From: Promethearchaeota archaeon
GTDB lineage: Archaea; Asgardarchaeota; Lokiarchaeia; Sigyniarchaeales; SOKP01
Reading direction: 5' to 3'
Length of the DNA stretch: 64,000 nucleotides
NCBI GenBank assembly: GCA_019058445.1
Contig: JAHPZA010000006.1
Location: 96,001-160,000 of the forward strand
Shown here: positions 40,866-50,455 of the stretch, one piece after another
Layout of the letters: each line of letters begins with the position of its first letter
Numbering within the stretch: the first letter of the stretch is position 1
The notes under the pieces: generated by a model
The model's input: the letters and a program-made list of their open reading frames with translations, nothing else
What the model was told of the DNA's origin: nothing
Database searches by the model: none
Made by a program: the position numbers and the translations under genes

Positions 40866-41708
40866 TTGATTTTTGAAAACAATTTCAGATATTTCGGCTT
40901 CTTTGATGCCATTGAGATGGGCTTATATTTTGTAATAGTAGGCTACTACTTCCTAATTTTCGCATTCTTCTTACTTATGAGATTTAGAACTTCTAAACGA
41001 TTATATTGGTTATTTTTTAGCTTTTTATTTCTATTTTTAGCTGCGGGAAGAGTGTTTTTTATCGCGTATTATTTTTTCATTCCTGAACTTCAGGGTTCGA
41101 TGGGAAATGTCGAGCTCGCTTCAACACTCATGCTTTTTTATCGATTAGCTCAGTTCTCTTCATGGTTGGCTGTGGCATGTCTAATGGGTGTGTTAGGTGT
41201 GCTTCTCTTCCCTCCAGAGGCAGAATCAGATCCTACACCTAAAACTGATAATACTAGCACAATTATCACTTTAACACCTAATTTGAAAATTGTATTTAGA
41301 ATTATTCTCATTGCAATTCCAGTGTTCATTGGTATTCTTACATTGGTATTACCAGATAAACTTTTTATGGATCCTGAAATTGTTGAAAAGTACGATTTAG
41401 ATATAGAGTTAGATACTATTTGGGGATTTCCAATTGGGATTTTCATAATAAACTTAGTACTTTTACCGATATTTATTATAGCAATTCCATTTTTGTTTAT
41501 TTACTTAGCTATAAAGACATATGGTGTGTTAAGAAAATCTTATGCTTTAAACGCAGTAGGATTTCTTCTCTATTACACAGGAAGACTTTTGCAAGGTTTA
41601 TTTGAAATAGCAAGATGGCCCCATCTTGAATCGACAATTCCGCCTTTAATTATTCTCCTTTCCTTGTTGATCATAGTAATTGCTAACAACTATGAACAAC
41701 TCAGGTAA
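40866..41708 (+). CDS. Stand-alone ~7-TM membrane protein
   Basis: Seven hydrophobic segments and no soluble output domain. Confidence 0.7.
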   Translation: MIFENNFRYFGFFDAIEMGLYFVIVGYYFLIFAFFLLMRFRTSKRLYWLFFSFLFLFLAAGRVFFIAYYFFIPELQGSMGNVELASTLMLFYRLAQFSSWLAVACLMGVLGVLLFPPEAESDPTPKTDNTSTIITLTPNLKIVFRIILIAIPVFIGILTLVLPDKLFMDPEIVEKYDLDIELDTIWGFPIGIFIINLVLLPIFIIAIPFLFIYLAIKTYGVLRKSYALNAVGFLLYYTGRLLQGLFEIARWPHLESTIPPLIILLSLLIIVIANNYEQLR

Positions 41709-41874
41709 AAGAAGTATAATTTATAAATCCGTATTTTATTATTAAATGTAGAGTTTTGAAGAAAATTTCATCCTTTTATCATGTAATTAAAAATAAAATT
41801 TTCTATGAAAAAATAAAAATATATTTCAATAATCCATTATAGAATTAATAAAAAAAACTTGAGGGAAAGAAGTT

Positions 41875-43500
41875 ATGTCTATTCATGGAAACCAGTATCT
41901 ATTACCATTATTATTACGTAAAGATCCAAGCTTACCTTACATTTATGAGAATGACGAATTAGCTATTGTATTCTATTTATTGACAAAGGATTTAAAACAA
42001 GAGAAGATCCTCTCTTTTTCAAAATTATTATGGCCTTTATTAAGTATTCAGGGTGTTATCTCAACACATATCATACTGGATGGGCTAAATGTTTTTTCTA
42101 AAACTGGAAAGTTTAGTAATCCTCCTAGACAACCTTTAATAGGCCATATCTTAAGAAATATAGAAGGAAAGTCCGAAATCGAGATTTTAAATAAAATAAT
42201 TGAAATCCTAACATATAAAGATGTTGAAGCTGAAGAAATTGGATCAGGAGAGGAATCGGAATATCAAGCACTAAATATTAAGGGTCTGATTAATCCAGAA
42301 TACCTTCAATCTATTTTAAAAATTATTCCTTATTTAGATTATTTACCAATTGCAAATTACTCTCCATTAGATACTAGTATAACTACTGAAGATGCTTTGG
42401 ATATCTCTGAAAAATATAGAAATACAATTGATACTATGAAAGGAAATGCGTTTCGATGGGAAACTCAAATCTCATTAATAGATAAAGAAATAAATAAGTG
42501 GGTAACTGATCTGACAGTTAAATTGAAGGATGTGGAATTATTGTATTCTTCCCAAATTAATAAAACAAGTTCGACGATAAATAATACTCAAGCGAAAGAG
42601 CAATTAGAGTTAGAACAAGATAAAGTTGATCAATGGAAAGCAAATGAGAAAAGGACCTTAATAGAAAATATAACAGTTCTTTTTAAAACTGCTGAAAGAA
42701 ATCTTCAAGAAATTATTAAAAAAAATAGATTTTTTAGTCAAGAAGATTCATTAAAGTCTAAAGTTTTCGAAGATCTTATTCATCCATTCGAAAACCATTT
42801 TAAATATTTGAAAGAAGAGGGTAAAACATTTGTAAATAATGTGGAAAATTTGCAAAACAAGTTTAATGAAATAAAAGAACAAGCTTCTCGGATTGATAGG
42901 GAAGCTGAAAATAAACTTATAAAATTTAAAGAAGAATTAGACGAAAAACTCAAAGACCGTGATGCTCAACTTGGAGTTTTTAAGGAGGAAAAAGAAGAAA
43001 AGATTACTCAATTAAGAAATTTACAAAAAGAAATTGAAACACTAAACAATAAAATTAAACAAATCATTCAATCTAAAATAAATGAATGTTTTCAAGATGC
43101 AAATGATTTAATAGATTGGTCGATTGTGGATACCCAAGATGAGTTATTTTCTAAGCCAATTCAATGGATATATATGCCCTTGTATGCTATGTTTGTAGAG
43201 AATGAGGAATCAATGGAGGAACAAATGTACGTGATTTTGCCGGGGTATATAGGTGATATTAATACATTATATGAAGATTTATCAGAGTCTTTTTTAGAAT
43301 TTAAAATCCTTCTAAATAAGAAGATTGAAGAAGATATGAGAATTAGATCAAATTTTGAATTTTCAGTTGAAAAAAATAATTTGATTAAAGACCCAAATTT
43401 TAAGAAGAGAATTGAAATGGGAATCTCCATCTTAAAAAATAAAGGATTAATGAACGATCACATTGAAGCAACAATTAAAGAAAAACTGAATTTAATATAA
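41875..43500 (+). CDS. Hypothetical protein: globular termini flanking a long central coiled coil
   Basis: aa ~170-410 are heptad-rich; LWPLL near the N-terminus and IYMPLY/YVILPGY near the C-terminus. Confidence 0.7.
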   Translation: MSIHGNQYLLPLLLRKDPSLPYIYENDELAIVFYLLTKDLKQEKILSFSKLLWPLLSIQGVISTHIILDGLNVFSKTGKFSNPPRQPLIGHILRNIEGKSEIEILNKIIEILTYKDVEAEEIGSGEESEYQALNIKGLINPEYLQSILKIIPYLDYLPIANYSPLDTSITTEDALDISEKYRNTIDTMKGNAFRWETQISLIDKEINKWVTDLTVKLKDVELLYSSQINKTSSTINNTQAKEQLELEQDKVDQWKANEKRTLIENITVLFKTAERNLQEIIKKNRFFSQEDSLKSKVFEDLIHPFENHFKYLKEEGKTFVNNVENLQNKFNEIKEQASRIDREAENKLIKFKEELDEKLKDRDAQLGVFKEEKEEKITQLRNLQKEIETLNNKIKQIIQSKINECFQDANDLIDWSIVDTQDELFSKPIQWIYMPLYAMFVENEESMEEQMYVILPGYIGDINTLYEDLSESFLEFKILLNKKIEEDMRIRSNFEFSVEKNNLIKDPNFKKRIEMGISILKNKGLMNDHIEATIKEKLNLI

Positions 43501-43523
43501 TAATTTTATTTTTATTTATTATA

Positions 43524-44198
43524 ATGTCAGAGTCTAAATTAGACCTAAAAAAAAGAAGGATTAGGGAATTTTTTTCAACATTTAAACCGAAACTTAAACA
43601 CAAAGATCAAGATATTAGCGAAATTCAAAAAGAAGCTTTACAAAAGGGTATGATTTATATCCAAGTACGACTCCCTGTTGAAAAAATCACTAAAGAATTT
43701 GAAGATTCATTAAAAGAGAAAATTGAACAGAGTGTTTTTCAAGCGAATATTCGAATTGCTGATAAAAGTGACCTCAAAAGTGTTATGGAGCTCTATAATA
43801 AAGCATGGCTTACCGCCAATACACCATTCCGCCCGATTGAAATAGATTCTCTAAAGGCAATTTTCAATGATCCCGATACTAGGTTTTTAATTGCTAAAAT
43901 ATATGGGAAAGATTCTGGATTTGTGATCCTTGATTTTGAAGGGGAAAATAAAGAATTTGCGATAATAGCTGCATTAGGAGTTATACCACGATTCCAGCGA
44001 AGAGGACTTGGAACGGTATTAGGAATGGCTGCTTGGAATTATATAAAAGAGAATCATCCAAATGTTAAGGAAATTAGAGCTGAAGTGTATAAAGATAATT
44101 TTAGTTCATCAAATTTTATTAAGTGGATTGGATTTGAAGAATTTGGAAAAAAAGCCTATCGAAAAGAAGATTTCTTAATTGAGGAAGATATTGAATAA
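43524..44198 (+). CDS. GNAT family N-acetyltransferase (copy 1)
   Basis: Motif A LGVIPRFQRRGLG; motif B EVYKDN..FIKWIGF. Confidence 0.85.
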   Translation: MSESKLDLKKRRIREFFSTFKPKLKHKDQDISEIQKEALQKGMIYIQVRLPVEKITKEFEDSLKEKIEQSVFQANIRIADKSDLKSVMELYNKAWLTANTPFRPIEIDSLKAIFNDPDTRFLIAKIYGKDSGFVILDFEGENKEFAIIAALGVIPRFQRRGLGTVLGMAAWNYIKENHPNVKEIRAEVYKDNFSSSNFIKWIGFEEFGKKAYRKEDFLIEEDIE

Positions 44199-44257
44199 AT
44201 CTTTATCAGTTTTCAAATTATAATTCTATAACAAAATAAACTATTTTTGATACGAAA

Positions 44258-44902
44258 ATGTCAGAAGAAAATAGGCTTAATTTTAAGAGAAAAATGGTAA
44301 GAAGTCTTTTTTTAGCACTTGAAAGAAAACCTAAAGAAGAAACAGAATTCCAAGAGGAAACTAAAGTTATAGGGATGAAATACATCCAGATGAGGTTACC
44401 CGTAGAAAAAATCACCCCTGAATTTGAAGAACAAATAAGAAAAAGAGTAGAGAAAAGTATTCTTCGTGCTAAAATTAGAGTAGCAAAAAAAGAAGATTTA
44501 GAAAGTATATCTCATGTATATAATAGGAGTTGGATGACTTCAAGTACTCCATATAGCCCTATAACAGCAGATTCTTTAAAACAGATCTATGAGTATCCCG
44601 AAACTGAAATATTAATAGCTAATGTATATGGAACTGACGCGGGATTTGTCATACTCGATTTTGAAGGAGCTGATAATGAAATCGGCGTAATCGCGGGTCT
44701 CGGTGTAATTCCACGTTTTCAAGGAAAAGGTCTTGGAACAGTATTGGGAATGGCAAGTTGGGATTATTTTAAAAAGAAAGGAGTAAAAGAACTTATATGT
44801 GAAGTATACATTGAGAATAAAGTATCTTATAACTTCATTAAGTCTTTAGGATTTGAAGATTATGATACTAAAGTTTATGAAAGTGAAGATTTCGTATATT
44901 GA
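44258..44902 (+). CDS. GNAT family N-acetyltransferase (copy 2)
   Basis: LGVIPRFQGKGLG and EVYIENKVSYNFIKSLGF; paralog of the upstream gene. Confidence 0.85.
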   Translation: MSEENRLNFKRKMVRSLFLALERKPKEETEFQEETKVIGMKYIQMRLPVEKITPEFEEQIRKRVEKSILRAKIRVAKKEDLESISHVYNRSWMTSSTPYSPITADSLKQIYEYPETEILIANVYGTDAGFVILDFEGADNEIGVIAGLGVIPRFQGKGLGTVLGMASWDYFKKKGVKELICEVYIENKVSYNFIKSLGFEDYDTKVYESEDFVY

Positions 44903-44928
44903 AAAAATAAAAAATAAATTTCAATTCA

Positions 44929-46368
44929 TTAAAAGCTATTGTTACTAGAATCTGTTAAGGAATTAATTTTCTCTGTTAATAATTTTGTTTTATACTCATC
45001 ATTTAAATCCCTATAAAAATCCTTAGCTTTTTGGAAGTATGATAACGCGAGTTCTTTTATCTCTTTATTAGCATAAACATCTCCTAATTCATGAGTTATT
45101 TCTGCGATTTTTTTTACATAATTTAAATCCGTGAAAATATCTAAAGCCTCTTCAAAATATTTAATGGATTCAGAATCATCAATTTTTAGATATAGCTGAG
45201 CTAATTTATATTTTAATTCTGCATAGTTTAAATCATCTCCAAATTTATAATGGATTTCTCCTGCCAAATTATAGTAGTCAATGGATCTTTTATAATCCTC
45301 TTTAGCTTCAAATAACTTTCCGAGATTTTCCAACACGATACTTTCATTAATTTGACTAGTTTCAACCAATCTTATAGATCCAAGACTTTGGAAAAAATAG
45401 TTTTCTGCTTCATTATATTTATTTTCTGAAAGAGATAATTTACCAAGATAAAGAAGGATTTCCCATTCTAATTTTGCCTTATGTTCTGATGTAAAATATG
45501 TTCCGATTTCAATTTTATTAATTATTTCCAAGGCTTCTGATAAAACTTGAAATGAAGGGATATAATTATCTGGTCCTAAAAGGTAATGTAATTTTCCGAT
45601 TTTAGTAAGAGTAATTATGGACCCATAAGGATCTCCTATTTGTTTGAAATAATCTAAATTTCTTCTTAAAATTTTATCAGTTTTATCATAATCTTTTAAT
45701 AAGAATAGGATATCAACTAAATTGCTTGATGTCTTAATTTCTTCCTTAATACTATTTGTTTTTTCTGTTAAAGTTAGTGCTTTATTGTAATATTCAAAAG
45801 AATGCTCTATATCTTTTATCAAATAATATACATTTGCTAAATTATTATATACTTTAATGAGTTTATTAGAATCATTAATTGTATCAAGATATTCTATAGA
45901 TTTCTCAAAATTATAGATACTATTCTCATAAAATCCAAGCTCTTCCTGAATCAATCCGATTTCATTATGAGCAATTGAACAATTTAATAGATCATTATCT
46001 TCAGTGAAAATATTTAAAGCATTTTCCAACGTTTTTAAAGCCAAAGTATAGTCTTTTTTTGAAAATAACAAACCAGATTTTTCAAATAACAAATGGCCTA
46101 CTTGTTCTCCTAGCTTTATTTTATTATCTATTAAGTTATCAATTTTTTGGATATTAAAGTCAATTTCTTTCTCTTGGACCAAATTGAAATCATACAATCT
46201 CTCGTTTGCTTTTAAATCCAAATTTGAATAAGGCTCAACATGAAAATCAGGTATATCAGAATCCAAAAATCTTTGATCTTGTAAGTTAACAATGAGAGGT
46301 TTATTACAATGCTGACAATAAGACCAGTGTTCTTGCAGAGGTTTCTTACAATATGGGCAGTTTTTCAT
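44929..46368 (-). CDS. TPR protein with an N-terminal zinc ribbon
   Basis: CPYC-x10-CQHC, then multiple ~40-aa TPR-like repeats (NNLANVYY, ENLGKLF, HELGDVY). Confidence 0.85.
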   Translation of the reverse strand: MKNCPYCKKPLQEHWSYCQHCNKPLIVNLQDQRFLDSDIPDFHVEPYSNLDLKANERLYDFNLVQEKEIDFNIQKIDNLIDNKIKLGEQVGHLLFEKSGLLFSKKDYTLALKTLENALNIFTEDNDLLNCSIAHNEIGLIQEELGFYENSIYNFEKSIEYLDTINDSNKLIKVYNNLANVYYLIKDIEHSFEYYNKALTLTEKTNSIKEEIKTSSNLVDILFLLKDYDKTDKILRRNLDYFKQIGDPYGSIITLTKIGKLHYLLGPDNYIPSFQVLSEALEIINKIEIGTYFTSEHKAKLEWEILLYLGKLSLSENKYNEAENYFFQSLGSIRLVETSQINESIVLENLGKLFEAKEDYKRSIDYYNLAGEIHYKFGDDLNYAELKYKLAQLYLKIDDSESIKYFEEALDIFTDLNYVKKIAEITHELGDVYANKEIKELALSYFQKAKDFYRDLNDEYKTKLLTEKINSLTDSSNNSF

Positions 46369-46500
46369 AAATACTTTAGATAAAAAACGACTTCATTTAA
46401 TACTTAATATAATAAAACAAGATAATTGCGTTATATAAAATTATTCAAGAGAAAAAATCAAAAGAATACTTTTTAAATTTTGTATGGAGTATATTAAATC

Positions 46501-47433
46501 TTAATGAGATTTGTTATTTCTACTCTTCTCGTAGATTTTTAATTCACTCTCAATGTCTTTTTCAGATAAACCAAGCGAATTTAATAAAACTCGTAATTGT
46601 ATAATTGAATTTTTAGATTTTATCTTTTCAGCTAAACTTAACGCTTTTATATACTCATTTTTAGCTTCTTTAAGTTTTCCTAGGTAAAAAAGGGTCTCAC
46701 CTATATAACTTAAACCTTTTAAAATTAATTCAGTATAATTTGAGTCTATTGCCATATTTGTTCCATTTTTAAAATAATTTATAGCCTCTTCATAGCGAGA
46801 CGACTTTTTCCTCAAAATACCCATATTAAAATAGGAAACGATAATCCCTTTTGCATCCTTGAGTTTTTCAAATGACTCTAAAGATTTCACATATAACTCG
46901 AAAACAACATCCCATTTTTCTTGAATCTCATGTATGTGAATCAAATTACCAATACAGTCTAATAAATTGTATATATCATTATTATCAGAACAAATAGCAC
47001 TACACTCTAAGAATTTATCGCAAGCATCATCAAGGCGATTTAACTTGATTAAATTATTTCCAATCCCTAATAAGCAGGTAATTTGCTCTTGAATTTGGTT
47101 TAATTCCTTATATATCTCATAAGCTTGAGAATAATATAAAATTGACTCTTCATATTTCCCTATTTTAAAGTATAATACACCTAAAACGCCAAGAACAGAT
47201 GCCTGACCTAATCTATCAAGTTGTTTTTTAAAATGTTTTAAACATAGTTGGAAATTTTTTTCAGATTCCTCATATCGCTCAATTTCTAATTGTAAAAAAG
47301 CAATGTCACTTAATTCTTTGATGTATTCAGAACCTTTTGCGATTTTCCCTAAATCTTTTAAATTCTGTAATTTTTCTGTAATTAAATTCTCAATTTCCTC
47401 ACTTGATAATTCATCATTTTCATTAGCGCGAAT
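46501..47433 (-). CDS. TPR protein (~310 aa; true start upstream of the ORF-track start)
   Basis: The frame stays open with TPR repeats (LGVLGVLYFKIGKYEESILYYSQA, LLGIGNNLIKLNRLDDA) from 46944 up to an in-frame TGA at 47445-47443. Candidate ATT start at 47433. Confidence 0.75.
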   Translation of the reverse strand: MRANENDELSSEEIENLITEKLQNLKDLGKIAKGSEYIKELSDIAFLQLEIERYEESEKNFQLCLKHFKKQLDRLGQASVLGVLGVLYFKIGKYEESILYYSQAYEIYKELNQIQEQITCLLGIGNNLIKLNRLDDACDKFLECSAICSDNNDIYNLLDCIGNLIHIHEIQEKWDVVFELYVKSLESFEKLKDAKGIIVSYFNMGILRKKSSRYEEAINYFKNGTNMAIDSNYTELILKGLSYIGETLFYLGKLKEAKNEYIKALSLAEKIKSKNSIIQLRVLLNSLGLSEKDIESELKIYEKSRNNKSH

Positions 47434-47467
47434 AGAAGCATGTCACCTTTTTCAATTTTAAAAATAT

Positions 47468-47968
47468 TTAATGGGTTTTTGGTCTAAGAGGGCATCCATT
47501 TACGGTGCATTTCCTACATCCCAATGTATGAATCAAGAAAGTTGTAATACCTACAATGAAATAAATAATTGCCAATATCACATCTAGCAATACAATTCCT
47601 TCTGAAATGAAATAATATATATACACAGTAAGAGGAAAAAGAAGAGCAAATGCAATAAAAATAACATCAAGCCAAAATCTCCAGATTTTTATTTCGGTAA
47701 AATCTTTTTTATCCGACCGTTTATATAGTTTACTTCCAATAAGTCCCATACACCATGTTGGACATGGTTTTCCCAAAAAGTCACAATGTCTACAAACCAA
47801 TGCCCTACCAACAAAAATTACAATAGCCCACAAAACCCAATATCCAATAACTAAGAACCATGATTTCAATAATAATATAAATGTTGCAAATCCCATCGAG
47901 ATGATGATTGCGATTAAATTTCCACATATTTCTCCTGTCGTCCAAGGAGTTTTCTTTGTTTCTGTCAT
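47468..47968 (-). CDS. 4-TM membrane protein with two Cys clusters
   Basis: CRHC-x6-CPTWC after TM2 and CRKC-x4-CP at the C-terminus; start MTETKK after an AGGAG SD. Confidence 0.7.
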   Translation of the reverse strand: MTETKKTPWTTGEICGNLIAIIISMGFATFILLLKSWFLVIGYWVLWAIVIFVGRALVCRHCDFLGKPCPTWCMGLIGSKLYKRSDKKDFTEIKIWRFWLDVIFIAFALLFPLTVYIYYFISEGIVLLDVILAIIYFIVGITTFLIHTLGCRKCTVNGCPLRPKTH

Positions 47969-47992
47969 ATTTAATAATTCTCCTCTCATTAT

Positions 47993-48439
47993 TTATACAT
48001 TATTTTGTAATAGTTCTTCAAGAATCTCGGCTGAATCTTGAACTAAATTCGGACAGATCTCAATGAAGAGCTTTTCCTCAACAGCTTTATTTCTTCCTTC
48101 GGAGGTGCTTATATCGCAATTTAACAATTTCTTACATTTAATCGTACCATTTCGGGATTTAAATCTGCTGGTAAACTCTTTAACAACTTGGTAAGCTTTT
48201 TCTTTCTTTTTACTTTCACTCGCTTTTGAATTCCCATATTTTAATCCTAAGACCATAAAAGCACCTGTTACTGCTCCACATGTATTGCCTAAACTACCCA
48301 TACCAGCCCCAAAAGGAGAAGCCAACTTTAAAGCGAGTTCACGCTCTAAACCAAATTGTTGACCATACGTCGATAAGATTGCTTGCGAACATCTAAATCC
48401 CTTCAAAAATAAAGAAACAGCTTTTTCAACTTCACTCAT
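47993..48439 (-). CDS. C_GCAxxG_C_C family putative redox-active protein
   Basis: GFRCSQA, PFGAGMG, TCGAVTGA, GTIKCKKLL and ICPNLV. Confidence 0.85.
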   Translation of the reverse strand: MSEVEKAVSLFLKGFRCSQAILSTYGQQFGLERELALKLASPFGAGMGSLGNTCGAVTGAFMVLGLKYGNSKASESKKKEKAYQVVKEFTSRFKSRNGTIKCKKLLNCDISTSEGRNKAVEEKLFIEICPNLVQDSAEILEELLQNNV

Positions 48440-48539
48440 TTAAAAATTCCACTTTTATACTCTCTTTTATTATAGCCAATTATAAAAATTATAAAAATGC
48501 CTTTCTATTATATATTTAGGAATAAAAATAAAGATATGA

Positions 48540-49667
48540 GTGTGCGAAGAAACTTTGAAATTTAAAGCAAAACTATGGAATAAGCTTGATGGCAACAAAG
48601 TGAAATGTCATGTATGTGCAAATGAGTGTACAATTTTACCTGAAAAGATTGGGATTTGTAGAACACGTAAAAACTTCGATGGTGAACTGTTTACCTTAAT
48701 CTATGGATCAATGATTTCATCGGGAAGTTTAGATCCAATAGAAAAAAAACCGCTTTATAATTTTTGGCCGGGGGCAATTGCATATTCTATTGCGTCAATA
48801 GGTTGCTCTTTCCGATGCCAAAATTGCCAAAACTGGTCGATCAGTCAAGCAAATCCAAGTGATAATGGGAAAAATGGGTCATATGATCTTGAGGGTTATA
48901 AGGGGCGAGGTATGTCTTTAGTAGAAATGAGTCCGGAACAATTGGTGAAAAAAGTTGTAAAAAGCGGCGCTAAGACTTTAGCATATACATATAATGAACC
49001 ATTAATTTGGCACGAATGGATATTAGATACGACTGAGCTTCTCAAAAAGGAAGATATCAAAACAATCTTAGTTACTAATGGTTATTCTACTCCTGAAGCT
49101 TCAAAAGAACTAATAGAAGCGGGAATAGATGCTGCGAATATAGATATTAAAGCTATGAGTGATGATTTTTATAAAAAAATTTGCGGTGTAAAATCAGTCC
49201 AACCTGTTTTAGACTCAGCTAAGCGGTTTAAGACTAATGGAATTCATGTGGAGATAACAAATTTAGTTATTCCTGATTGGAACGACAGCCGAGAAGATAT
49301 TGAGAAGCTGTGTCAATGGATTGTTAAAAATTTAGGAGAAAATACTCCAACCCACTTTTCAGCATATCATCCAGACTTTAAAGCCCCTTCTAATAAGAGG
49401 ACACCTTATCAAACTTTAGATATGGCCTATGATATCGCAAAAAAAGCAGGTTTGTATTTTCCTTATGTGGGTAATATTAGACATGATGAGGGTAGCAATA
49501 CTTATTGTCCAAATTGTAAGCATTTAATTTTTGGGAGGCATGGATATAGTTTTACAAAAATTGATATAACGGATGAGAATAAGTGTCCGAATTGTGGGTA
49601 TGACTTAAGTACCGACATCATTGGAGTAGTAAATAAAAATCCTTCGCATAGATTTGCATATTTCTAA
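48540..49667 (+). CDS. AmmeMemoRadiSam-type radical SAM enzyme (PFL-activase-like)
   Basis: VKCHVCANEC, DPIEKKPLYNF, GCSFRCQNCQNW (CxxxCxxC), YTYNEP, YVGNI and TYCPNC. Confidence 0.9.
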   Translation: MCEETLKFKAKLWNKLDGNKVKCHVCANECTILPEKIGICRTRKNFDGELFTLIYGSMISSGSLDPIEKKPLYNFWPGAIAYSIASIGCSFRCQNCQNWSISQANPSDNGKNGSYDLEGYKGRGMSLVEMSPEQLVKKVVKSGAKTLAYTYNEPLIWHEWILDTTELLKKEDIKTILVTNGYSTPEASKELIEAGIDAANIDIKAMSDDFYKKICGVKSVQPVLDSAKRFKTNGIHVEITNLVIPDWNDSREDIEKLCQWIVKNLGENTPTHFSAYHPDFKAPSNKRTPYQTLDMAYDIAKKAGLYFPYVGNIRHDEGSNTYCPNCKHLIFGRHGYSFTKIDITDENKCPNCGYDLSTDIIGVVNKNPSHRFAYF

Positions 49668-49690
49668 AAAAAAGAAAAAAAAAAATATGT

Positions 49691-50338
49691 TTAAGCTAGG
49701 GAAGTACCTAAAACTAATAACATAAAAGCTTGGATAAAGCTAATTATTGCTACTATAAATGCTATAGGTGCCCAGGATATAAATTTTGATACTGCCATTA
49801 ATCCTGCCGTATAAAATTTAACAGTTCCAGCAACGACAATAAAGATAATAATGAAAACCGCTATTAGTACATACTTAGGATTCACCACTTGTTCTATTAA
49901 TTCAACAGCAGAATCCGGAATCAAAAATGCAATCGCTAGTGTAACAGCAGTCGCAACTAAAAGGCCTGCTATACTTGAAATAGGTAAATCATTTAAAGGT
50001 TTCATAAAAGCAAAAAATCCAAATATGATAAGAAATACTGAAGTAAACACATTTCTCTCATCACCCGTAGTTGCGCCGTAAGCAATACTGGGAGCTACAT
50101 TAAGAATTAATCCAACTGCTCCAGCTGCAATGCACAAAATACCAACGATAAATCCATAATACGTCATTAAGCGTAAAATTTTAGTTATGTCGAAATTCCA
50201 GTCTTCTACACCGGTGAGTTGGCGCCACGATTGTCTTCTATTAGCTTCATACGAAGCATTAATGAACCACATAATTCCTAATAATAACATAAAAAAACCG
50301 GCATAACCTGCAAATGAGGTTAATTCTTCTACAACCAA
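49691..50338 (-). CDS. Hypothetical multi-pass membrane protein
   Basis: About 6 hydrophobic segments. Confidence 0.65.
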   Translation of the reverse strand: MVVEELTSFAGYAGFFMLLLGIMWFINASYEANRRQSWRQLTGVEDWNFDITKILRLMTYYGFIVGILCIAAGAVGLILNVAPSIAYGATTGDERNVFTSVFLIIFGFFAFMKPLNDLPISSIAGLLVATAVTLAIAFLIPDSAVELIEQVVNPKYVLIAVFIIIFIVVAGTVKFYTAGLMAVSKFISWAPIAFIVAIISFIQAFMLLVLGTSLA

Positions 50339-50455
50339 TTGAATTCACTCTATATTTTAGAATTAAAGTATTTAATTTTATAATACGAATTTTATATTAA
50401 AAAATATAATTCTTTAGTAGTCCAATTAATATAAAAAATTAAGTAAAAAAAGTTA

